From contig CAWKOR010000002.1 of NCBI GenBank assembly GCA_963851325.1, positions 263,289 through 327,288 on the forward strand: a stretch of DNA of 64,000 nucleotides, given 5' to 3'. The notes under the pieces were generated by a model that did not search any database, was not told where the DNA came from, and saw only the letters and a program-made list of their open reading frames with translations. This DNA is from an uncultured delta proteobacterium. Lineage in GTDB: Bacteria > Desulfobacterota > Binatia > Binatales > Binataceae. This document shows, one piece after another, positions 19,119 to 27,970 of this stretch (positions within the stretch are counted from its first letter, which is position 1; every line of letters starts with the position of its first letter). The translations under genes and the position numbers were made by a program.

Positions 19119-20584
19119 GGTGATTGATCGCGCCGATCAATTTTTCCATTTACGCTTGGCGACCGCGCGGATTCGCCGCTTCCGATCCGACGCGCAGCCA
19201 CCAGTGCGGCGGCAATCAGCGCCGCCTTTTCCGCACCACCGTCGTGCCGCCATCCATTGAGATGATCATCGACGAAGTGCGTCGAGAGCTCGCCGCGTTC
19301 GAAATGTCCGCTCCCGATAACGTCGCGCAGGAACGCAGCGGTATGATGCAGCCCGACGATCGCCACTTCCTCCAGCGCCAGTAGCATCCGACGCCGCGCC
19401 TCCTCGCGGTTCGCGCCATAGCAGATAATCTTCGCGAGCAGGCTGTCGTAGTTGGCGCTAATCTCGGTGCCTTCGGTCAAAAAGGTATCGACGCGAGTTC
19501 CGGGCGCATTGGGCAGATGCAGATACGACACCCGGCCGATCGCGGGACGGAAATCATGCTCGGCATCCTCCGCGGTCAGGCGGCATTCGATGGTTGCGCC
19601 GCGCGGCGCGGCAGGATCGCCAAGATGCTCACCGGCCGCGATTCGGAGTTGCTCGGCGACCAGGTCGCAGCCGAAGCGAATTTCGGTCACCGGATGTTCG
19701 ACCTGAAGGCGCGCGTTGACTTCGAGCAGATAGAACTCGCCATCCTGGAGCAGGAATTCGACAGTACCCGCGCTCTGGTACCCCACCGCACTTGCAAGCC
19801 GCACCGCAGCATCGCAAATGTGCGCGCGCAGTTTGTCGTCCACCGCGACCGAGGGCGATTCTTCGATCAGCTTCTGATGGCGGCGTTGAATCGAACATTC
19901 GCGCTCGCCCAGCGCTACGATTTTGCCGTAGCTGTCGCCGAGAATCTGAACTTCGATATGGCGCGGCCTCGGGAGGTACTTCTCGACGAAGATGCGCCCG
20001 TCGCCAAACGCTGCCTGCGCCTCGCGCGCGGCGGATTCGAGCGCGGTCTCCAGCGCGCCGGCCTCCTCGACCACGCGCATTCCGCGGCCGCCGCCACCCG
20101 CCGAAGCCTTCACCAAAATCGGGTAGCCCACTTTCTTCGCGAACGCGCGCACCGAAGCAGGGTCGGCAATCTCGATTCCCGGAACCACCGGCACCTTCGC
20201 CTCGGTCGCGAGACGGCGCGCGGCAACCTTGTCGCCGACCGCCTCCATCGCCGATGACGACGGACCCACGAAAGTGAGTCCTGCCTGTTCGACCGCGCGC
20301 GCAAACACCGGACGTTCAGAGAGAAATCCGTACCCCGGATGGATCGCGTCGGCTCCGGTCGAGGCCGCTGCAGCCAGCACCGCATCGATGTTCAGATAGC
20401 TCTCCGCCGGCGCTGCCGGACCGATCAGGCGAGCCTCATCGGCAGCTGCAACGTGAGTCGAATGTCGATCGGCCTCGGAAAAAACCGCCACCGTTTTCAG
20501 GCCGAGCAAATGGGCGCTTCGAATCACACGGAGCGCGATCTCGCCTCGATTCGCGATCAGCAATTTCTTGATCGCTCGCTTCAT
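19076..20584 (-). CDS. Biotin carboxylase domain protein (N-terminal part of the methylcrotonyl-CoA carboxylase alpha subunit)
   Basis: 502 aa; ATP-grasp biotin carboxylase (KLLIANRGEIALRVIRS, GGGGRGMRVV, EVNARLQVEHPVTE) plus the start of a BT-like linker (SPWSTLGRFQLW). Confidence 0.85.
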   Translation of the reverse strand: MKRAIKKLLIANRGEIALRVIRSAHLLGLKTVAVFSEADRHSTHVAAADEARLIGPAAPAESYLNIDAVLAAAASTGADAIHPGYGFLSERPVFARAVEQAGLTFVGPSSSAMEAVGDKVAARRLATEAKVPVVPGIEIADPASVRAFAKKVGYPILVKASAGGGGRGMRVVEEAGALETALESAAREAQAAFGDGRIFVEKYLPRPRHIEVQILGDSYGKIVALGERECSIQRRHQKLIEESPSVAVDDKLRAHICDAAVRLASAVGYQSAGTVEFLLQDGEFYLLEVNARLQVEHPVTEIRFGCDLVAEQLRIAAGEHLGDPAAPRGATIECRLTAEDAEHDFRPAIGRVSYLHLPNAPGTRVDTFLTEGTEISANYDSLLAKIICYGANREEARRRMLLALEEVAIVGLHHTAAFLRDVIGSGHFERGELSTHFVDDHLNGWRHDGGAEKAALIAAALVAARRIGSGESARSPSVNGKIDRRDQSPWSTLGRFQLWQHR

Positions 20585-22195
20585 CTACATCCTGAAAACG
20601 CCGAAGTTCGCGCCCTTGGGGATTGGGGCATTGATCGACGCGGCGATGCCAAGGGCGAGCGCCTGGCGCGTTTCAACCGGGTCGAGCACGCCGTCGTCCC
20701 ACAGCCGCGCGCTCGAATAGTAGCAACTCGATTCAGCTTCGTACTTTTCCAGGGTCGGTCGCATGAACTCGGCCTTCTCGCTGTCGCTCATGGTGCCGCC
20801 GCCGCGCGCCATCTGATCGAGTTTAACGGTCAGTAGAACGTTGGCGGCCTGCTCGCCGCCCATCACCGAGATTCGCGAATTGGGCCACATGAAAAGCAGC
20901 CGCGGCGAGAACGCGCGCCCGCACATCCCGTAGTTGCCCGCGCCGTTGGACGCGCCGATCACCACGGTGAACTTCGGCACCTGCGCATTGGCCACCGCAT
21001 TGACCATCTTGGCGCCATCCTTCGCGATGCCGCCCTGTTCGTAGCGTTTCCCGACAATGAAGCCGGTAATGTTTTGCAGGAACAACAGCGGGATGCCGCG
21101 CGCGCAGCACAGCTCGATAAAGTGGGTCGCCTTCAGCGCGGATTCGCTGAACAGCACGCCGTTGTTGGCCAGGATTCCGACCGGGTAGCCATGGATGCGC
21201 GCGAACCCGGTCACCAGCGTCGCGCCATAGCGATGCTTGAACTCGTGCATCCTGCTGCCGTCGACGATGCGCGCAATCACCTCGCGGACGTCATACGGCT
21301 TGCGGGTGTCGGTCGGGATGATTCCATACAGCTCCGCCGGATCGTAGTAGGGATCCTCCGGCGCATCCTGGTCGATCGACGCCAGCTCGCGACGGCCGAG
21401 ATTTTCGAAAATCGAACGCGCAATCTGCAGCGCATGCGCATCGTCGTCGGCAAGATGGTCGCTGACGCCGGAGAGCCGCGTGTGCACATCGCCGCCGCCC
21501 AGCTCCTCGGCGCTGACTTCCTCGCCGGTCGCGGCGCGCACCAGCGGCGGCCCACCCAGAAAGATAGTACCCTGCCCCTTAACAATGACGTTTTCGTCGC
21601 ACATGGCGGGGACATAGGCGCCGCCGGCGGTGCACGACCCCATCACCAGCGCGATCTGCGCAATTCCCATCGCCGACATGCGCGCCTGATTGTAGAAAAT
21701 CCGCCCAAAATGTTCGCGATCGGGAAACACCTCGGATTGAAGGGGCAGAAAGGCGCCGCCCGAATCGACCAGGTACACACAGGGCAGATGATTCTGAATC
21801 GCCACTTCCTGCGCGCGCAGGTGCTTCTTCACCGTGAGCGGATAGTAGGTCCCACCCTTCACGGTCGCGTCGTTGGCTACGACCACCGCTTCGCGGCCGG
21901 AAATCCTGCCGATACCGGTTACGATGCTCGCGCCCGGCGCCTCATTGTCATAAAGACCGTGCGCGGCGAGGGTGGAAAGCTCGAGAAAGGGCGTATCGGG
22001 ATCGATCAGCGTCTTGACCCGGTCGCGGACCAGCAACTTGCCGCGCTCGGTATGGCGCTGACGCGCCTGTTCCGGGCCGCCCTCGCAAATGCGATCGATG
22101 GTGGCGCGCAATTTGGCTACCGCCGCCTCCATCGCGGCGCGATTGGTCGCGTACTCGGCGCTCCCGGTTTTAAGATGCGATTCGATCCTGTCCAT
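20585..22195 (-). CDS. Methylcrotonyl-CoA carboxylase beta subunit (carboxyltransferase)
   Basis: 536-aa acyl-CoA carboxyltransferase with N- and C-terminal CT subdomains (HLKTGSAEY..., [19 protein letters not shown], ...[10 protein letters not shown]), typical of MCC beta. Confidence 0.9.
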   Translation of the reverse strand: MDRIESHLKTGSAEYATNRAAMEAAVAKLRATIDRICEGGPEQARQRHTERGKLLVRDRVKTLIDPDTPFLELSTLAAHGLYDNEAPGASIVTGIGRISGREAVVVANDATVKGGTYYPLTVKKHLRAQEVAIQNHLPCVYLVDSGGAFLPLQSEVFPDREHFGRIFYNQARMSAMGIAQIALVMGSCTAGGAYVPAMCDENVIVKGQGTIFLGGPPLVRAATGEEVSAEELGGGDVHTRLSGVSDHLADDDAHALQIARSIFENLGRRELASIDQDAPEDPYYDPAELYGIIPTDTRKPYDVREVIARIVDGSRMHEFKHRYGATLVTGFARIHGYPVGILANNGVLFSESALKATHFIELCCARGIPLLFLQNITGFIVGKRYEQGGIAKDGAKMVNAVANAQVPKFTVVIGASNGAGNYGMCGRAFSPRLLFMWPNSRISVMGGEQAANVLLTVKLDQMARGGGTMSDSEKAEFMRPTLEKYEAESSCYYSSARLWDDGVLDPVETRQALALGIAASINAPIPKGANFGVFRM

Positions 22196-22298
22196 GGCTC
22201 CTCAACCGCTGCAAATCTTTGTCGCAGAATCCGAAAGCCTCAGCAACGGGGCGACCTCGCAGGTCGCTTCGTTATCAGACGAGATGCGGTTTGATGAG

Positions 22299-22371
22299 TG
22301 AGCCGGGAGAGACTCGAACTCTCGACCCGCGCATTAAAAGTGCGCTGCTCTACCGCCTGAGCTACCGGCTC
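22299..22371 (-). tRNA. tRNA-Lys (anticodon UUU)
   Basis: The minus strand folds into a 73-nt cloverleaf: GAGCCGG-UA-GCUCAGGCGGUAGAGC-A-GCGCA-CUUUUAA-UGCGC-GGGUC-GAGAG-UUCGAGU-CUCUC-CCGGCUC-A. The anticodon loop CUUUUAA gives UUU, and the T-loop is UUCGAGU. CCA is not encoded. Confidence 0.85.
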
Positions 22372-22769
22372 CTCGAGGTGTGCGGAGCCCAACAGTAAAC
22401 CAGCATCGCGGCGCGAAGCCAAGGCGTCGGCGCAGGCGCCTGGACTCCCACCATCGGAGCGTGTGCGCGTCTGCCTCGTTCACCGCTGATACGGCGCCCG
22501 GATGGCAGTCACATTTTCTATACAAAAAGTAGCAGGCCGGCGCGCTCGATAGCTGCGTGGCGAGCGACGCTGAATCGCACCCGCCGATCGTCCCCAGAAG
22601 CGAGTTGACGTCAGGCTCCGATAACCCTCCGCGGCTCACCGGTATTTCGAATTGCTTGTAAATTCGCGCGGTTGCGGGGCATTCGCAAAAGTGTCAGCCG
22701 CGCTGGTGGGAATGCCCTCCGGAGTCTCGTCTGTGCAGTCGGTGCATGAGTGTGCGGACCAAAGGCCCT

Positions 22770-22879
22770 ATTTGCAATTGGTTGCCGCAACCTGCGCAAA
22801 TGAGTGTGTCACAGCCGATACCAGCCACTTGACATGAGTCCGGAAAAACCGTAACAATCAAAAACCTACAACTTGTAGG
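22770..22879 (+). promoter_or_regulatory. Promoter/operator region upstream of the sigma-54 activator gene: nested palindrome ATTTGC..GGTTGC-C-GCAACC..GCAAAT, a sigma-70-like TTGACA-N17-TAACAA, and palindrome CCTACAA-C-TTGTAGG at the predicted transcription start
   Basis: Read directly from the sequence. Nested palindrome at 22770-22801, TTGACA at 22829-22834, TAACAA at 22852-22857, and a 7-bp-arm palindrome at 22865-22879. A GGGGAGGGGGA RBS lies before the ATG at 22931. Confidence 0.3.
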
Positions 22880-22930
22880 CATACTTTCTGTACCGATTGT
22901 AGTTACGGTGCCACCTGGGGAGGGGGAACC

Positions 22931-24121
22931 ATGAGTCTGAGCGAGGATACAGTTGCGCAGTCGTCTACCGCGCCGGTTGCACACTTGCGTCATTCCGGAT
23001 CACTCGGCGCCGGGCCCGACTGGATAAGCATCGAGAGGCTGGTTGAAGGTTCCGAGCGGGTCGGCGGAATGCTGATTCGGTCGGTGCAGTTCAAGCGGCT
23101 TTTCGCCAGCATCATCCGGTTTGCACCGCACAAGGCCACCGTGCTGATTCAGGGCGAATCGGGTACCGGCAAGGAGCTGGTCGCTCGTTCCCTACATAGT
23201 CTGGGCGCCGTTCCTAACGGACCTTTCGTGACCTTCAACTGCTCGAACCTGGTCGATTCGCTGGCGGAATCGCAGCTATTCGGCCATGTGAAGGGCGCCT
23301 TCACCGATGCGCGCGAGGACTCCCTCGGCTACTTCCGTTCCGCGAACGGCGGCACCTTGTTTCTGGACGAGATCGGCGAGTTGCCCCTGAAACTCCAGCC
23401 CAAGCTGCTCCGCGCCGTCGAAATGCACGAGGTTCAGCCGGTAGGCTCCTCACACAGTTATAAGGTCGATATTCGGTTGGTTGCGGCCACCAATCGCGAC
23501 TTGCGCTCGATGGTGAAGGCCGGTGAGTTTCGCGACGATCTGTATTATCGCCTCAACGCCGCGGCGTTGATCATTCCGCCGCTGCGCGATCGGCGCGACG
23601 CGATTCCCGCCTTCGTCGGCCATTTCGTCGAACAATATTGCCGGCTCTTCGCCAAGGACATCCGGCGCATTTCTCGCCAGGCGGTCGAGGCATTGTGCGC
23701 CTACTCATGGCCGGGCAATGTTCGCGAACTCGCCCATGCGGTCGAGAGCGCGGTGCTGATGGCCGACGGAGATGGCATTACGCTCAACGAACTTCCCAGC
23801 AATGTGCTCGAAGGTCGCGATGCCTCGGCTGTCCCGATTACAGAGGTTACCGCGACCGCGCTTCCGGCGGAAATTCCGGATGCGGCCGTAGTACCAGCGA
23901 TCAACCCGGAAGCGGCTGCGGAATCGAAGTTTTCGCTCGACGCAGCGATTCGCGAAGCCTCCAAGGACGCCCTGGTTCGCGCGCTCAATGCCACCCACGG
24001 CAATTGCCATCGCGCGGCCGATCTCTTGGGAGTCTCGCGCTATACGGTTTACCGGATGCTTGCGCGCTACGGATTGACCGAATCGCGCGGCTATCGAAGC
24101 TGGCGCAAGAGCCCCGCTTAA
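22931..24121 (+). CDS. Sigma-54-dependent transcriptional activator (AAA+ EBP plus C-terminal Fis-type HTH), lacking an N-terminal regulatory domain
   Basis: 396 aa with Walker A GESGTGKE, a GAFTDA loop, ESQLFGH, FRDDLYYRLN and a C-terminal HTH (HGNCHRAADLLGVSRYTVYRML). Only ~30 aa precede the AAA+ core. It is a paralogue of the partial gene at 1..639. Confidence 0.9.
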   Translation: MSLSEDTVAQSSTAPVAHLRHSGSLGAGPDWISIERLVEGSERVGGMLIRSVQFKRLFASIIRFAPHKATVLIQGESGTGKELVARSLHSLGAVPNGPFVTFNCSNLVDSLAESQLFGHVKGAFTDAREDSLGYFRSANGGTLFLDEIGELPLKLQPKLLRAVEMHEVQPVGSSHSYKVDIRLVAATNRDLRSMVKAGEFRDDLYYRLNAAALIIPPLRDRRDAIPAFVGHFVEQYCRLFAKDIRRISRQAVEALCAYSWPGNVRELAHAVESAVLMADGDGITLNELPSNVLEGRDASAVPITEVTATALPAEIPDAAVVPAINPEAAAESKFSLDAAIREASKDALVRALNATHGNCHRAADLLGVSRYTVYRMLARYGLTESRGYRSWRKSPA

Positions 24122-25002
24122 CCGGGTTCGGAGGGGGGGCGCGGTCGGCCAAATTTCCACGCCGGCAGCTCGCGCCCGATGAGCTTCTCCAGTTTCTCGA
24201 TCTCGGGGCGATACAACTCGCGCATCCGCTGGACGACCTCGTCGGAGAGCGGAGGAAACGGATCGCCTCCTTCGAGCATGTACTTGATGATCCTGCTCTC
24301 GCGCACCAGGTTCGCCGCGCGATAGTAACGGCGCGCGACGAACCACGCGACCACATCGCGCGCGATCTTCGCGAGCCTGCGGTTGGGCGGTTGCGTGTTG
24401 ACACTAAGAACGCGCTCGGCGCCCACCCGCGATGATGAAATCGGAAAGCGCGCGATCCCGATAAAGTCGCACACCAGATCGAGGAAAGCCTGCGGATTCG
24501 ATTCCAAATCGTCGTAGATGAGAACCAGCACCCGCTCGCGGCCGAACGCTCTGATCCACTCGCCCAGATGAGTTCCGTAGCGGCTCGATTCAAGCAAATC
24601 GCCGCGCGTTGTCGCGGCGCGCTCGAAGTCGACCTTGGTCGATGCCAGGCGCCGCAGCAACCGGTAGTTCGAGTATGCGCGCTCAACCGGATCGCGAAAC
24701 GAGCAAATTATCTTGCATGTGGGCAGATGTTCGGCGATTCGTTCGCGCGCTTGCGGTGAGGCGAAATACATCGGGCTCAGCTCGCCGACCGGGATCCCGT
24801 CGGTGCAATTCCTAAAATAGTCCGCGTACCAATCGATGCCCCGATCGTAAAAGCGCGTGAAAAAATCGGTCTCCTTGCGATCGGCGGGCAGACAGACGTG
24901 GCCCTTGAGCACCTCGTGAAGCCAGGTCGTCGCGGTGCGAGGCGGCCCGACCGCGATAAAGTCGGGCAGGCGCGACGCGCGGTTTAAGGCGCTCTCGCTC
25001 AC
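24118..25002 (-). CDS. Sulfotransferase-family protein (PAPS-dependent), copy 1
   Basis: 294 aa with a 5'-PSB-like motif (PDFIAVGPPRTATTWL) and a 3'-PB-like motif (SFRDPVERAYS). Its stop overlaps the convergent activator stop by 4 nt. Confidence 0.85.
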   Translation of the reverse strand: MSESALNRASRLPDFIAVGPPRTATTWLHEVLKGHVCLPADRKETDFFTRFYDRGIDWYADYFRNCTDGIPVGELSPMYFASPQARERIAEHLPTCKIICSFRDPVERAYSNYRLLRRLASTKVDFERAATTRGDLLESSRYGTHLGEWIRAFGRERVLVLIYDDLESNPQAFLDLVCDFIGIARFPISSSRVGAERVLSVNTQPPNRRLAKIARDVVAWFVARRYYRAANLVRESRIIKYMLEGGDPFPPLSDEVVQRMRELYRPEIEKLEKLIGRELPAWKFGRPRPPSEPG

Positions 25003-25925
25003 GCCGCCCGGCCCGATTTGCCGCTGAGCGCGCGCACCATCCTGGCGGGCAGAACCGTTCTGACCAGCCGCAGGTAGTTTCGCACCCGATATGGATCGAG
25101 GCTGATGGCCCGCGCAAATGCGTTGCGCGCCGTCGTCCGGTCGCCATGCGCCAGCGCATCCAGGCCGATGTAGCCGAGGATGCTGCGCGGGGCGCGCTCA
25201 CGCGCAAGCACGTGCCTCACCGGATCGACGCCGTAACGCTCCTTAACCATCCGGCGGAAAATCCGACCAGCGGCTTCCTGTCCACCCGAGGGTTTCAAGG
25301 CGGCGGGAAAATGTGCGAACCTCCACGCTGCCAGCTTCTCAGGTACGTAGGCGAAGGGCCCCTGCTCGCGCAGCAGCAGCCACAAGTAGACATCTTCAAA
25401 GGCCCGCAACGATTCCGGAAAGCCGCCTGCCCTGGCGAGCGCGTCACGACGGATGATCACGCCACTGGGCATTATCGGCCACAGCGAATCGAGCATGTCC
25501 TGCACAGTTGGCGGATGATGGTCGCGCACCGCCATCAGCGAGGTTTGAAACGGCTTGCCGAGGCTATCCACTAACTGCAAGTCGCAGTAGGCCACGACGC
25601 ACTCGCGATCGCCATCGAGAGCCGCCGTCATCGCGGAGAGGAAGTCCGGCTTCCACCAGTCATCGGCATCAAGGAATGCGAGATACTCGCCGGTCGAGTG
25701 CGCGACGCCAAGATTTCGCGCGGCCGAAGGTCCGCGATTTTTCTGCTGCAGGATTTTTGCCGCACCGGCATGGCGCTTCAGGATTCCGATACTGCCATCG
25801 GTCGAACCGTCGTCCACCGCAACGATTTCGAAATCGCGCAACGTCTGCGCGCACACGCTCGCAATTGCCTGCTCGATGGTGCGGGCGGCGTTGAACACCG
25901 GAATGATGACGGATACGCGTGGCAT
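24999..25925 (-). CDS. Family-2 glycosyltransferase, copy 1
   Basis: 308 aa GT-A fold (VSVIIPVFNAARTIEQAIASV..., DDGSTDGS, DADD) with a C-terminal TPR-like tail. Confidence 0.85.
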   Translation of the reverse strand: MPRVSVIIPVFNAARTIEQAIASVCAQTLRDFEIVAVDDGSTDGSIGILKRHAGAAKILQQKNRGPSAARNLGVAHSTGEYLAFLDADDWWKPDFLSAMTAALDGDRECVVAYCDLQLVDSLGKPFQTSLMAVRDHHPPTVQDMLDSLWPIMPSGVIIRRDALARAGGFPESLRAFEDVYLWLLLREQGPFAYVPEKLAAWRFAHFPAALKPSGGQEAAGRIFRRMVKERYGVDPVRHVLARERAPRSILGYIGLDALAHGDRTTARNAFARAISLDPYRVRNYLRLVRTVLPARMVRALSGKSGRAA

Positions 25926-25940
25926 CAGATGGTGGGCGGC

Positions 25941-26828
25941 CTAGGCGCTGGACTTCATCAATGGCGCACGCGACCTCGCGTGGCCGGGCCTGGTTTTCCA
26001 CGCGGAGAGGTCGCGATCGATCAAATGCTCGAGCGCCTCGATTTCGGGTCTAAAATGTTCGCGCAGGCGCGCGTCGATTTCCGGATCGAGCGCGCCAAAT
26101 TCCTCGCCGCCACCGAAGCAGAAGCGCCACACCCCCGCATGTTCGAGCAGCTCGACCGCGCGGTGCCATCGACGAATGCGCATCCAGTCGCGCGCGTTGC
26201 GCGCATTTTGCGCGAGCTTGCGGCTGCGCGGGGCATGGGTGACGGTGTTAACGCGCTCCGACGCGATCGCTGAACCCTCCACTTTGATTCGCTTTGCTCC
26301 AATAAAGTCGCAAATTCCGTCAAGGAACTTTTGCGACGATTGCTCGAGGTCATCGTAGAGGCAGACCAGCACGCGATCCGGGCCGAAACTCCGCTGCCAA
26401 TTGATCAAATGATGCGCGTAGCGGCTGGATTCGCGAATGATGCGATTCTTCGCGATGGTTTCCTCGAAGCTGACCCGCGTCCAGGCGTCCCGACGCATTA
26501 CCCTATACGAGGAATACGCGCGCTCGACCGGGTCGCGCAGAGTCACAATGATCTTCGCGCGAGGTATGTCCTTCTCGATTCGCTCGCGGGCGAGCGCTTC
26601 GCCGAAATAGTTGGGATCCACTTCGCCCAGCGGCAAGTCGGCCGGATAGCCGCGGAAGAACTCCAGATACCACGGCAGTCCCCTGGAATAGTTTTTGAGG
26701 AAAAAATCCGTCTCCTTGATCCCGCGCGGGAGCCCCAACTGAGGCCTCATCACTTCATGAAGCCACGTCGTTCCGGTGCGCTGCGGCCCGACCGCCACAA
26801 AATCGGGCAGCCGCGAGGTGTCATTCAT
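25941..26828 (-). CDS. Sulfotransferase-family protein, copy 2 (paralogue of 24118..25002)
   Basis: 295 aa with PDFVAVGPQRTGTTWL and TLRDPVERAYS; about half its residues are identical to copy 1 by eye. Confidence 0.85.
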   Translation of the reverse strand: MNDTSRLPDFVAVGPQRTGTTWLHEVMRPQLGLPRGIKETDFFLKNYSRGLPWYLEFFRGYPADLPLGEVDPNYFGEALARERIEKDIPRAKIIVTLRDPVERAYSSYRVMRRDAWTRVSFEETIAKNRIIRESSRYAHHLINWQRSFGPDRVLVCLYDDLEQSSQKFLDGICDFIGAKRIKVEGSAIASERVNTVTHAPRSRKLAQNARNARDWMRIRRWHRAVELLEHAGVWRFCFGGGEEFGALDPEIDARLREHFRPEIEALEHLIDRDLSAWKTRPGHARSRAPLMKSSA

Positions 26829-26875
26829 GGCAGGAAATTATCAGCCTCGACGCGCCGCTCCAATATGCTCGCCAT

Positions 26876-27892
26876 CTAGTCCGGCGGGAGGATGGCTTTG
26901 GCCTCGCGATGCGCCGCCTTCCCGCTAAGCCGCAGCGCGAGCCAAGCCGGCATGACCGTTCGCATCAGACGCAACCAGGTTTTGCGTTCGGTGGGATTCC
27001 AGCGCAACGCGCGCAGGAAACAGAGCCGCGCCTCGCGTGTCTCTCCGTGCGCGAGTGCTAGCAGGCCGACACGGCTCAGCAGACTGACCTTGTGACGTCG
27101 ATAGTACGCCGCGAGCGCATCGGCGCGATGCCCGTAGCGTTGTTGGAGCATCGGGATGAAGTTCTGCGTGCCACCTTCGATATCGCGCCGCACGACTCTG
27201 AGCAGTTCCGGGTAGGTATCGTACGCGAAGCGCACCAGCTTCTCGGGCACATATGCGAAGGGCCCCTGCTCGCGCGCGACCAGCCAGAAGAAAATATCTT
27301 CGCATCCGGCAATCGCCGGCGAGAAGCCGCCGATTCGATCGAAAGCCTCGCGTCGGATGACCACCGTGCTCGGCACGATCGGCCATAGTTGCGTTAGCAG
27401 TTCCTCCATCGAAGGCGCACGCGCAACCGGTGGCGGAATCATTTCGATGGCGAGGCCGGCGCCGTCGGAGCCCATCGCAATCATGTTCGAGTATGCCAGA
27501 ACGCATCGCGAATCGCGGTCGAGCGCCTCGAGGCATCGCGCGAGCTTGTCAGGCAGCCACGAATCGTCGGCATCGAGAAACGCGAGGTATTCGCCGCGCG
27601 CGTTCTTCACCGCGAGGTTGCGCGCGATCGCCTGCTGCTTGTGCGCCTGCCTGAGCAGCGTCACCGGTTCGCCGAAGCTCGCGAGGATTTCCAGCGTGCC
27701 ATCGGTTGACCCGTCATCGACGACGATGATTTCCCAATCGTGGATACTCTGTGCGAGCACGCTTTCAATGGCGCGCGCGATGGTTCGAGCTCCGTTGTAG
27801 ACCGGCGTTATTACCGAGACTCGAGGCACTCGGGTTACTCGACTCGTGCTGATCGGCGAACGCCGGCGCACTTCAGCCGTTGATCGATCCAA
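26876..27892 (-). CDS. Family-2 glycosyltransferase, copy 2 (paralogue of 24999..25925)
   Basis: 338 aa (VSVITPVYNGARTIARAIESV, DDGSTDGT, DADD) with the same C-terminal architecture as copy 1. Confidence 0.8.
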   Translation of the reverse strand: MDRSTAEVRRRSPISTSRVTRVPRVSVITPVYNGARTIARAIESVLAQSIHDWEIIVVDDGSTDGTLEILASFGEPVTLLRQAHKQQAIARNLAVKNARGEYLAFLDADDSWLPDKLARCLEALDRDSRCVLAYSNMIAMGSDGAGLAIEMIPPPVARAPSMEELLTQLWPIVPSTVVIRREAFDRIGGFSPAIAGCEDIFFWLVAREQGPFAYVPEKLVRFAYDTYPELLRVVRRDIEGGTQNFIPMLQQRYGHRADALAAYYRRHKVSLLSRVGLLALAHGETREARLCFLRALRWNPTERKTWLRLMRTVMPAWLALRLSGKAAHREAKAILPPD

Positions 27893-27970
27893 TCAATGCT
27901 TCGCGATATCGCGGACCCGCGGGTCCGCTTCGTCCGAGTTCGCGTGCCTGCACACAGGGTTCCTTCCGGA

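Noticed and set aside
21074-22294. 406-aa + strand ORF
   Set aside because: Antisense to the MCC beta-subunit gene. It has no recognisable domain. GC3-driven open frame.
22240-22422. 60-aa minus-strand ORF
   Set aside because: It overlaps tRNA-Lys completely. TTG start. An artefact of the tRNA sequence.
22196-22930. Possible genomic island integrated at tRNA-Lys
   Set aside because: The 3' side of the tRNA (lower coordinates) carries the core leucine-catabolic MCC operon. No integrase, no direct repeat of the tRNA 3' end, and no compositional break were seen.
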